A DNA stretch of 64,000 bases, from NCBI GenBank assembly GCA_964016885.1, contig OZ024741.1, positions 405,294,001-405,358,000 of the forward strand, given 5' to 3'. The notes beneath the pieces were generated by a model that worked only from the letters and a program-made list of their open reading frames with translations, did not search any database and was not told where the DNA came from. The stretch comes from Eledone cirrhosa. Its lineage: Eukaryota. The translations under genes were made by a program, and so were the position numbers. Below, piece after piece: positions 24,360 to 34,829 of this stretch. How positions within the stretch are numbered: the stretch's first letter is position 1; every line of letters starts with the position of its first letter.

Positions 24360-24579
24360 GATTGTTTCTACTTTAGGCACAAGGCCAGCAATTTTTGGGG
24401 AGGGGAAAGTCGATTAAATTGACACCAGTGCATTACTGGTACTTTATTTTATCGACTTCATAAGGATGAAAGGCAAAGCTAACCTCGGCGGGATTTGAAC
24501 TGAGAACGTAAAGGGCCGTAACTTTATACCACAGAGCATGGTGTCCGACGTTCTACCGATTTTGACAATCCACCGCCCT
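24360..24579 (-). mobile_element. Full-length tRNA-derived SINE with probable TSD TATAAACAAC
   Basis: Head CAATCCACCGCC, core GGATGAAAGGCAAAG, flanking direct repeat. Confidence 0.85.
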
Positions 24580-24658
24580 TATAAACAACTATAATTAATA
24601 TAAACACCAAATAGTGATAAAACAATAAAAAAAATAACATGCTATCTTCATATAATTA

Positions 24659-24856
24659 CGAGGGTCGGTTGAAATGTTCATAGGCTGACTATAAAGGAAT
24701 GATGCTAGAGCTGTGAAATCTTGCATGCATTAATTTCAACTCTTCTTATTAATAACTGCATTGTTTATTTCCAGGGACTATGTTGAAAAATAAACCTCAT
24801 TTGGTCATTCCATGAGAGTATCTTGGTCAGCCTATGAACATTTTATCCAAACCTCA
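24659..24856. mobile_element. Mariner-derived MITE, ~200 bp
   Basis: TA|CGAGGGTCGGTTGAAATGTTCATAGGCTGAC ... GTCAGCCTATGAACATTTTATCCAAACCTC imperfect TIRs. Confidence 0.8.
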
Positions 24857-24878
24857 TTATATATATATATATAGAGAG

Positions 24879-25462
24879 AGAGAAAATTGAGGTTGGTAAT
24901 GGCACATGGAATATATAAGAGACAGAATACTTTTTTGTGAAAAAACATAATTTTATAAGGTAAGGAAATAATAAAGGGTATACAAAATGACCGGTTTCGA
25001 TGGGTCTGCAAAAGCCATTTTTCAAATGTTGATTAATATTAAGAAAAATTAATAATACGAAGAGTTAAAATTTGAGATTTGAAAATTCAAGTATAAAATT
25101 CATTGTGGGATTTCATAGCAGTTTTCATCTAGGTAGCAACAACAGGTTGACTGCTGTGTCCCTTTTACTACCAGAAAGGGACACAGCAGTCAACCTGTTG
25201 TTGCTACCTAGATGAAAACTGCTATGAAATCCCACAATGAATTTTATACTTGAATTTTCAAATCTCAAATTTTAACTCTTCGTATTATTAATTTTTCTTA
25301 ATATTAATCAACATTTGAAAAGATGGCTTTTGCAGACCCATCGAAACCGGTCATTTTGTATACCCTTTATTATTTCCTTACCTTATAAAATTATGTTTTT
25401 TCACAAAAAAGTATTCTGTCTCTTATATATTCCATGTGCCATTACCAACCTCAATTTTCTCT
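24879..25462. repeat. Near-perfect palindrome, ~287-bp arms and 9-nt loop, with a hammerhead-like motif in each arm
   Basis: Arms 24879-25165 and 25175-25462, loop TACTACCAG; CAACAT-TTGAAAA-GATGG...CCATC-GAAA-CCGG-TC-ATTTTG at ~25310-25358. Confidence 0.93.
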
Positions 25463-25492
25463 ATAACCTTCGTTTTGTGTAGAAAATTACAC

Positions 25493-25532
<40 letters not shown>

Positions 25533-25559
25533 GGGCGGTGGACTAGGGAAGGGCGTGTA

Positions 25560-25760
25560 GGCGCCACAGAAAATAGCACCCAGCACTTACTGTAAATGAG
25601 GTTGGTGTTAGGAAGGGCATCCAGCTGTAGAAATCAAGCCAGAATCAGTTCCTGTATGAGCAAGACAAGGTCAGCCGACTGGACACTGCCAACAACAGAA
25701 CAAACCCGTCTAACCCATGCTAGCGTGGAAGAACGGACGTAAGAGGGTGATGATGATGAT
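25560..25760 (+). mobile_element. RTE-related non-autonomous element
   Basis: GGTTGGTGTTAGGAAGGGCATCCAGCTGTAGAAA ... (GAT)n tail. Confidence 0.8.
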
Positions 25761-25794
25761 ATATATAATTAGAAAGTGAACAACACAAAATATA

Positions 25795-25865
25795 ACTACT
25801 CCATTACCGAAGGTTTCTGGACTACAGACGATAATACGTCTGGATCGTTCGCCAGATAGAGATAG
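25795..25865 (-). ncRNA. Degenerate type I hammerhead motif (core CUGGCGA)
   Basis: Minus strand: CTCTAT-CTGGCGA-...CAGACG TATTAT CGTCTG...-GAAA-CC TTC GG-TA-ATGGAG. Confidence 0.55.
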
Positions 25866-27026
25866 ATGTGAAATGAAATTTATAATCTGTTAAAAATTGG
25901 AAGTGAGGCTGGAAAAATAACGGGATAAAAATTAAAATACATAGCAATATAGAAAAAGACGTGTACATACATATACACGCACGTACACATTCAGATAAAA
26001 GGAAAATATATATTTATATATCTATACATACATACAAGCAAACACACACATATATACACACAAACATACGTGTACACGGACATACACATGTACTTACGCA
26101 TATATATAGATACACACACACTCATATATATATATATATATATATATACATACATGCATATATATGTATATACGGCACAGACACACTAGTCTGCGAAAAC
26201 ATACATACGCGAACACACACACATATATATATACACGTTTATCCCGGGTTCAATCGGGGTAACCACACTAAGTAAAGTACTCAATACAAAGCAGAGTATG
26301 AATATATAAAGGAGAAAAGCTTCTACAGGACTGCTTCAGTCCTGTAGAAGCTTATATATATAACATGAATGACTCACATACACAACTTTAATAACTATGT
26401 GACGAGAGACGGAAGTTGAGAAAATAGAAAAACAAACACAGACTCTTGTGGTATATCAACGATTAATTATAAACATTTAAGATTAATTTCTTAAAACTAA
26501 AATGAAATAAAACGATGTATATGTATATTTCTTTATATCATTTTTTAATTTTTTATTTAACAATGTTAATGTGAGGAGATCGATAATGTTTTTATTTTGA
26601 TATTTTGTTTGTATTGCGGCAGTGAAAAATGAAGTTGTGTAGTTTAAAATAGTTAAGAAATCCGTGATATTAATGTGAAATGAGGTATATATAAATATAT
26701 ATATATATACATACGTAAGCTAACTTTAGGTTTAATCAATATATAATATATATATCGATCAAGTTTCTCGGTACAAGCTCAAACTTCAGTTCAGAGCATC
26801 TATACTATAAGAATAAACGATATATATATTACAAGATATATCGATTGAGAAATTAACTAATATTTTGTATATACATAAAAAACAATAATATGTAAATTTA
26901 AATACATACTCCTAGATGTAAAATGGTGTAAACATTCATACATAAGACACACGTGTGTGAGTAATAACTGGGCCCACACATACCGAAAATAACATTGCCG
27001 CGGGAACGAAACTTTTAAGAGTCTGT

Positions 27027-28106
27027 TTATTCATCACGATTGAAATTTATGATTTCTTCGTAAATAAGACCAAGCCATTCGGCTTGGTTCAGTTCCATAT
27101 CGGAATATCTGTCAGAAAAATGAGGTGCATGCATTAAATCCCTCTGTTTGTAATGATCTGTAAAGAAAGGATGTTTCATTGCCTCAACTACCGATATTCG
27201 ATTATCAACATCTAAGTTAAATATTTGGTCCAAAATATTGAGTGTATCTTTATCATGAGTTTTGAAAAACTCTGAGAAATCTTGTTTAACAAATGTTCCG
27301 AAATGTTTGATCATATTAATAGCATCATCACAAGTAAATTTTTTAAGCATTTCATAATCTGGTGTTCCGACTAAATAGAGTATCTGCTTTATTTGGTCGG
27401 TGAAATTATGCCCTCTTATTACAGCTCGGTTGGTTAACATCTCGCCTATGATGCAACCCACAGACCACACATCGGCTGTCTGGTAGTAATTCTCCCAGTT
27501 AAGAATGATTTCAGGTGCTCTGTACCATCTTGTCTGTACGTAACCTGTCATTTTAAGACCGACCTGTCGGGCCAGTCCAAAATCCATAATTTTGATACAG
27601 TCATCATCAGTAACACCGATGTTACTGGGTTTTAAGTCACGATGGATGACACCAGCAGAGTGAATGTAGTGAAGTCCACAAAATATTTGGTAAACGAGTG
27701 ACTTGATCCGAGGTAATTGAAGTTTATCGCTTTCCAAAAGAATTTTCAAATCTTTCGGATAGTATGTTGAAACAAGGTAGAGGTTTTCCAAATCATTTTT
27801 ACATACAGCTGTTGTAAATATATCAAGCAAATCGATAACGTTTTTGTGATGCATGTGTTTCAATAAACAGATTTCGCGGTACGTCCGTTTAGTATCCATT
27901 AATGAGGAGAAAGGCCTGCATAATTTCTTTATGGCAACCTTAGAGTTCGTAAGTTTGTTATGTGCCATACAAACATTACTAAAACTTCCACTACCAATAT
28001 ATTCTAGAGAGCTGTAACGGTCCGGGTGAATCCATTTAATAGCAAACTCCTCAGTAAGTTCGTAGGATGGTGGGATGTAATCCATCTTTGTCGAAGCTTT
28101 TCTCAT
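27027..28106 (-). CDS. Single-exon p38-family MAP kinase (MAPK14-like, divergent), 359 aa from the first ATG
   Basis: Uninterrupted ORF with VAIKKL, KRTYREI, HRDLKPSNI, DFGLAR, the p38-diagnostic TGY activation motif and TRWYRAPE. The ORF-track start at 28163 is GTG; first ATG is at 28106, alternative ATG at 28085. Confidence 0.95.
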   Translation of the reverse strand: MRKASTKMDYIPPSYELTEEFAIKWIHPDRYSSLEYIGSGSFSNVCMAHNKLTNSKVAIKKLCRPFSSLMDTKRTYREICLLKHMHHKNVIDLLDIFTTAVCKNDLENLYLVSTYYPKDLKILLESDKLQLPRIKSLVYQIFCGLHYIHSAGVIHRDLKPSNIGVTDDDCIKIMDFGLARQVGLKMTGYVQTRWYRAPEIILNWENYYQTADVWSVGCIIGEMLTNRAVIRGHNFTDQIKQILYLVGTPDYEMLKKFTCDDAINMIKHFGTFVKQDFSEFFKTHDKDTLNILDQIFNLDVDNRISVVEAMKHPFFTDHYKQRDLMHAPHFSDRYSDMELNQAEWLGLIYEEIINFNRDE

Positions 28107-29163
28107 AGTAACTTCTTTTTTACTGTATTTGATATATTTTAAAATTAAATAATCTATATACACATAGATAACATTTCAAATTGCTCACAATTCTTTCAGA
28201 ATAATATTACAAATATAATGTCGTTGATAAATGCAGCTAACAAATACAACCAACCATCGCCAGGAACCTCACAAAAACAAGGCACCAAAACACATGAGCG
28301 AGAGGAAGTAAGTTAGTGATGTTTAACTAACAGGGTTGGTTTATAGTTACAAATATCACAGATTTCTTGTAAAGGGAGATTACATTCACGGAAAAGACAG
28401 TGATGTATTTTTTATTGGTCCAGCAGTTATTACAATAACTGACAAGCACGTTATCAGAACAATTAACTTCCCCCAGAGTTCCACGAAACTAAAAGAGTTA
28501 AATAAATTGATAGATAGAGAGATATGTTTCTTTATTTGCCACAAGGACACACAAGAAAAGGGGACAATAGAAAGACATACAGTCGTGTACAAAAGTTTTA
28601 ATATAACAATCGAAATCCCCAATAGGGGGGAGGCGTTACAAATGGGTTGTTTTATACCCCGTAGATAGAACAACCCTCAACTCCAGGAGCGTGTTGTGCA
28701 AGTGCTCCTTTCTTCTTTTCACTCTCTTATTCAACCTACAGGTTTATATATAAAGAAGGCCCAATCACTCGGGCTATTCTCGCCACATTCACCCACCTTT
28801 CAGTAAATAGATAGATAGATAAATAGATAGATAAGTATAAATAAATAAAAGTTAAAAACTAATTTAAAAAAAGTGATATTAATTAATTTTTCAAGATATT
28901 GACAGTTAATTTATTAAATAACCTGATTATCTAAAAAACTTTCTCTGCTAGAAACATGAAAAGAAATAGAGGAAAGTAAAAGTTTGTCTACTATAATGAC
29001 CTAGATTTTCAGCTATAATTAGTTGATGGGTGAAATAGTTGACTGTGACCAACTCGTTTGTTAACTCCACCCACCACTGCTAGGAGGGGGAGGGACTAAT
29101 AATAAACTATTGTATAATGTTTCTTTTTCCTTCTCTTCAGAAATAAGGTTTCTAATAGTAAAT

Positions 29164-29195
<32 letters not shown>

Positions 29196-29197
<2 letters not shown>

Positions 29198-29845
29198 CAT
29201 AGGTTAAGAATAACGTCCTCGAAATTGAAACTAGGTTTTCTGACAAGTGAATGTGTTTTTTTTTTTTTTTACAATGAAATTTACGATACACTCTGTTTAT
29301 TTACAACAGGTCTCTATAGTGATATGGTGTTAATTAGTATTGCGTGTGTGATTATTTTCTCTTATATATATATATGTGTGGGTGTGTATATGTGTGTATA
29401 TATATGTGTCTGTATGTATATATATATGTGTGTTTGTATATATGTGTTTGTGTCATCATCATCGTTTAGATGTTTTTGTAATATCTTGCCAAAGTTGGCA
29501 CCAACTATAAACAAATTAAGGCCGGGTCATAAGAAGGACAGAATGATAAGGGATTTGGGTAAAAACATCTAAACGATGATGATGACACAAACACACATAT
29601 ATATACAAACACACATATATATATACATACAGACACACATATATACACACATATACACACCCACACATATATATATAAGAGAAAATAATCACACACGCAA
29701 TACTAATTAACACCATATCACTATAGAGACCTGTTGTAAATAAACAGAGTGTATCGTAAATTTCATTGTAAAAAAAAAAAAAAAACACATTCACTTGTCA
29801 GAAAACCTAGTTTCAATTTCGAGGACGTTATTCTTAACCTATGCC
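29196..29845. repeat. Long inverted duplication, ~283-bp arms and 83-bp spacer
   Basis: 29196-29477 is the reverse complement of 29561-29845; flanked by (TA)n. Confidence 0.93.
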
Positions 29846-29910
29846 TATATATATTTCGTTTCTGAATTTGTTTAGCAAGATTCTTTATCTGAAAACGTGT
29901 GTTGAAACCG

Positions 29911-30005
29911 ATATTGTTATACTTTGGGAGGGTCATGTTGCCAATAAGAAACAACAATCGCAGGTGCGTGTGTTTCTTATTGGCAACATGACCCTCCCAA
30001 AGTAT

Positions 30006-30012
<7 letters not shown>
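29911..30012. repeat. Hairpin with ~42-bp arms next to (TA)n
   Basis: ATTGTTATACTTTGGGAGGGTCATGTTGCCAATAAGAAACA ... TGTTTCTTATTGGCAACATGACCCTCCCAAAGTATAACAAT. Confidence 0.9.
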
Positions 30013-30058
<46 letters not shown>

Positions 30059-30329
30059 CAGTTCTAGTCCTGTAGAATAATAATAGATTTGAAGAGTAGA
30101 ATCCAAAGAGGGCTCGATAAGGATAAATATATATAAAAAATATAAGAATCCTAGAGCAAATATTTATTAAAATAACAAATTAAAGTTTAAGCAAAGAATC
30201 GCTGCTTTCACCCTTAACGGGAACTTCTGAAACTAAAAAAAAATCAATCTGCGTTCACAGATTGATTTTTTTTTAGTTTCAGAAGATCCCGTTAAGGTCT
30301 GTTATTTTAATATATATATATAGGAAAAA

Positions 30330-30432
30330 GTATGACCCCGACGGCAGAGCTCAAGCCGTTTCGACGGCTATTTCTGGACTAAATTAGAATTTTTAGCCTG
30401 GTGAATAAATAGCCGAACTTGTCAAGGGGTAC
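30330..30432 (-). ncRNA. Type I hammerhead ribozyme with U3-A8 core variant, in the Penelope pLTR
   Basis: Minus strand: GTACCCC-TTGACAA-G TTCGGCTATTT...AAATAGCCGT C-GAAA-CGGC TTGAGCTCT GCCG-TC-GGGGT; GUC cleavage triplet. Confidence 0.75.
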
Positions 30433-30756
30433 TTCCTTATATGGGAAGATTGTAGTTGTCAAGAGGATTGGTTAAAATTGGTTGTAAACACAAATAAGTC
30501 TAACATGGCATTTGGTGGGAGGTAGGGGTGGCTGAACTTGCCTGTAGAACAATAGGGGAGTGAGTGGAGCGGTCAAGCGTTGAAAGTGATATGTATACAG
30601 CAGATTCTAAGGATAGTGTATGAAGTGGAGGAGGGAGGTTATAGAATAGGTAAATCGAATGTGAGTAGGAGACAATAAAAGATAATAGAAATAAATAAAA
30701 TAATATATAAAATTAGATAGTGAGAAATGAATAAAAAAAATCACAATGCTATCTTA

Positions 30757-31717
30757 GGCGCTCACGGCTCTCTGGCAGGCGGACCCGGCTGTCAGTGGAG
30801 AATCCACCTCGACATTCTATAGAGGGCTGGTGGTTAGCAGGTGCGACGACGCCCTCGGAGAAGCCCTAGGCATGGAGGAAAACGAACTGGCCAACCTGTT
30901 CGGTAGGACATTCAGCCCGGGACCCATGGATACTTCCAGAGGTCCCTGGCCTGGCAGTGCTACCGAGGGCCTCTGCCCGTTCGAGAAAGGCTCTACAGAC
31001 ACGGGCGCCCGGGTAGGGACCTCTCGAAAAAGATCTGTCCGAGATGCGTGTGCGACGAGGAAACCGTTGCACACGCATTGGTACACTGTTCGGGCATTGC
31101 CGATCTGTGGGGCTATGTCGAACAACTGCTGTCAAGGGTGGGACCGATCCGGTTGACCACCGAGTCTACTGTAACGATCAAGCCGCCTCCCCCCTTCAAA
31201 AACGAAGGAGAAGCGGTGTTTCTGTGCGTAATAGCCATGGCGAAAGAGGTTGTATGGTGGACGCGTCTGAAAGGACTGAGGTCAGACACCTTTCTGTCTG
31301 GCCAACAACTGGTCCGTTTTTTCCGATATCATTTCGGAAGAAGGATCAGGATGGAGAGAGAGGTGCTGCACCCCAGCCGTTTTTATGAAAGATGGGTGAA
31401 AGTGGCGAGAATGGCCCGTGTGAATGGGCCTTCACTCTACATCAGACTATAGGTGAGGAAGATGAAAGATCAAGGGAGCACCCCTCTCTGTGCTCCTGAG
31501 GAGAAGGGTTGCACACCTTTTTTCGGGGGTGTGTGCGACCCCCCAAGGCGCCTCCTCCCTATTGAGGATTTTGTTATTAAATTTATTTTTGTTATATTTT
31601 ATTTTATTTTTATATCTTGTTATTGCTTCCCCCTTATTGAGGACGCCTTGTTATGTAAACTCCCCTCATTGTACTTGTCCCACTTTTTGATGCCCTGGTG
31701 GCAAATAAAAAGAAAGT
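30757..31717 (+). mobile_element. 5'-truncated Tx1/L1-clade LINE (zf-RVT C-terminus and 3' UTR), TSD TATCTTA
   Basis: LAWQCYRGPLPVRE, ICPRC..DEETVAHALVHC...LW; stop at 31452; AATAAA; TATCTTA at 30750-30756 and 31718-31724. Confidence 0.85.
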
Positions 31718-33039
31718 TATCTTACAATTACAGGTTAATAAGTTGAGAATAGAAAAAAACTTGTAGAAATTGAGTAGTACCAAAACTGATACAAAATTAA
31801 AGGTGTTTTACACGTTTGCTATAAGTAGTTAGTAAAACGTATTCGGCCAATTCTATCTTAAAATTACAGAGGTGAGGGAACTGATGCTACAGAGGCCCGA
31901 TGGGATGCATCGGGGTAGGCGAAAGGGGAAAAGCAGACGAGGAAGGAAATAGGGGGTGGAAGGAAGTGATAGGATGAGACAAGAGGAAGAAGAAGACAAT
32001 GAGGAGAAGAAAAGAAAAGAGATACATCTACCTATGTAAGCTGGGGTTTCCCCTAACTTATTCGGCAAGTGGGGAGGGGGGGGGGCTATCAGCCCTTGTC
32101 TACCCACCCGGGTCGTTATGGGGTTTGAGGGCGAGGTAAGTCCTCGCAATCTGTGTTTGCATGCGGTTACCAGTTCGTCTTTCTTGTTTAGGAGTTGGTC
32201 CTTCGAAAACACCATTTGTAATGTTTCCTCCGAGCATAAGTTACACGGACGGCGTCCTCCCGTGTAATAGTTAGCTCTGGACAGTAAGCTCCAAGTGAGA
32301 TTGTAGGTTATATTATTATCGTCCCTAACCCGAGTCAATTTCCTGGACGTTACCCTTAACCTCGAAAATGATTTGTACTACCCATACAGAAAACCAAACG
32401 ACAACCTGCACTACATCCACCGCCGCTGTCAGATGGTTTTGCCAGTAAAATATGTCCAGTGATTCTCTCCTCGGACATTCTAACCATATTTCCATAATAT
32501 CAGAGCTGTGATCTCTCAATTTGGAGAAGTAGCGTCTCTACCCGGAGTGACTCATTGATCTCCAAGCTATATACTCTATCGAGTAACGTTACAATAAAAT
32601 AAAAAAAGGTTTAATTACCCAATCTTAGGTAATTATACCTTTTATTTTTTACGAAGGTCATATTGTATATCAGTCTCAGCTATACAATATGATGGACGGG
32701 ACATAGTTGGGAGACATTGGTCGTAATAGCTCCATCATCAGAGTTGAACTGGGGTCCAGCTCAACAATGTTGATGTTTTTGTTATTACCCTCTGTTACTA
32801 ATAATGTTAAAACTATTCGGATGTGGTTCAAAGTTACTTGTCTTTGTATCTACTTTGCTTTCTTTCCTTCATCCATGCTTGCTCCCCTTTACTGAGTGAC
32901 ATTCTTTCCTTCCCAACATAGACTAGTTCCACAAAGGATATGGATGAAGCTTTGCTAGAATAGAGAGAGCTGATGAGGATAGACGGAAGCAGAGAGTATG
33001 GGACAATCTGCATTCAAGGGAAACTTTTAACTCTCTCTT

Positions 33040-33710
33040 TGATCATTCTGGTCAATTTTCTAGGTGCCGCTTACTTTCTGTAAGAGCGAAGTTCTCAGGG
33101 GACTGGATTGATGCCCTGCCTGTGGCCAACATTGGTGGTCATCTCAGTCAGGGCAAGCTCTGCATCTGCATTGCACTCTGAGTGGGAGCCTGAGATATCG
33201 CTGTGGTAGATCCCTCAACTCTACAAGCCTAATGCTGGTCGTTTCGCCCGCCATATCCTGCTAAACCTGATCATTAAACGGGCCCTAGCTCCAGTTCTGG
33301 AGCCGGCTGGATTATCCAGAAGTGATGGGAAGAGACGAGACGGCCTTACCCTTTGTCCTTGGGTAAGAGGTAGGTGTCTCATCAGGGATGCCACAGTCAG
33401 TGACTTTTTTGCTCCTTCCAACATCATGGACGCCGCAGTAAATTTGGAGGTCATTGCTTCCGCTGCCGAACGGAATAAAATCCGGAAATACTGGGATCTG
33501 TCTAACAATTATTTTCCAGCCTGTGGCGTTTGAGATGCTCGGAGGAGTTGGCTGCTGACAGCGTAGTTCTTGTCATCATTGGCGGCTCGTCTTACCGAGG
33601 TGTCGGATGATGCCCGTGAGGGTATCTGGTTGTTTCAGCGCCTTAGCCTCGCCATCACCCGTGTTAATTCTGCGGGAATAGAAGTTGCCATCGGCCGCCA
33701 TGAGGAATTG
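33040..33710 (+). mobile_element. Degenerate restriction-like endonuclease region of a CRE-like non-LTR retrotransposon
   Basis: GDWIDALPVANIG, GRFARHILLNLIIKRAL, LEPAGLSRSDGKRRDGLTLCPW, DATV, AAERNKIRKY, PVAFEMLG, WLFQRLSLAITRVN. Confidence 0.85.
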
Positions 33711-34037
33711 AAACCCCATAACTTCTATATATCGTCTAGTCGGTATCTGGAGATACCGACTAGCCATGCTGAAATACTATAAAATAGCTTATGAAATAGG
33801 GTGAAGTCCCTTAAAAGACTGAAAAATGAGTTACCATCGGCCGCTATGAAGAAATGTCTCCTACATACGGTCTCGCCGATATCTGGAAGATATGAGGATC
33901 AATTGTTCATAGCAGCCGATAGTAACCTGTCTTTAAGGGTCTTCACCCAATTTTATAACCCATTTTATAGCATCACCGTTCGTGAACACACCATTCTATA
34001 TATTCACTTTATATTCTCAGCACTTAACTGTCTTAGT

Positions 34038-34450
34038 AGGTGGTGAATTGTGAGAGTTGTTAGAACGTCGGATAGAAAACTTTGTAATTCCAGCTCTCTG
34101 CTCTCCAAGTTCAAATCCCGCCAAAGTCAACTTTGCCTTTCATCCATTCGTGGTCGATAAGAAAATGTACCAGTTAAGTACTGGGGTTGATTCTTTCTCT
34201 ATATCTCTTTCTCACTTCCTTTCTCTCAATCTCTCTAACCTTCTCTGGAAGAAATCTACTGTATTCAGACCTGGAGAGAAGATGGGCTCTGCCAGGTTTA
34301 AAAGATGCCCTAGAAACGCCATATTTCAATACAGCGTCCCTACGACTCTTCGGGAGTTACCGGTCCACACCATACCATCGTCCTCAGTATTTTATTTTAT
34401 TGAACTCAGATGGAAAAAAGTTGATCTTGGATGAATTTAAACAGAGATTA
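34038..34450 (+). mobile_element. tRNA-derived SINE, long form
   Basis: GGTGGTGAATTG head, AGTTCAAATCCC, TTTGCCTTTCATCC core, CT-rich linker. Confidence 0.8.
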
Positions 34451-34526
34451 TAAATAAATATTCGTAATAAACTAACTCTAGTTGTTTGTTCGACTCTCAA
34501 ACGATACTCTTTTCCATCCACCCCGT

Positions 34527-34713
34527 ACACACATGCACACACATACACATACACACATACACACACACACACACACACTTATGTACATACACATACATAT
34601 ACATACACACATACACACACTTATACACATACATATATACACACACACTTATGCACATACACATACATATACACACACACACTTATGCACATATACATGC
34701 AGACATATACATA

Positions 34714-34796
<83 letters not shown>

Positions 34797-34812
34797 CACA
34801 CACACACACACC
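34527..34812. repeat. (CA)n compound microsatellite
   Basis: Direct reading. Confidence 0.97.
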
Positions 34813-34829
34813 ACAATGGTTGAGTTGAA

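Larger units (their letters stand above)
30322..32425 (-). mobile_element. Penelope-like element remnant: pLTR with hammerhead, GIY-YIG C-terminus and inverted RT-thumb fragment, interrupted by a Tx1/L1 copy
   Basis: Minus strand 32330-32145 TWSLLSRANYYTGGRRPCNLCSEE...LLNKKDELVTACKH; plus strand 32334-32423 VNFLDVTLNLENDLYYPYRKPNDNLHYIH. Confidence 0.85.

Noticed and set aside
28107-28163. 19-aa N-terminal extension of the kinase in the ORF track
   Set aside because: It begins at GTG; the first ATG is at 28106.
28336-28673. Overlapping 110-aa and 95-aa ORFs upstream of the kinase
   Set aside because: No recognisable motif, and the plus-strand ORF starts at a non-ATG codon; likely chance ORFs.
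29885-29915. CTGAAAACG...GAAACCG hammerhead-like string (also GAAACTAG at ~29227 and CTGATGAG at 36120)
   Set aside because: Core or stems are incomplete; the 36120 string is LINE coding sequence (SDEL).
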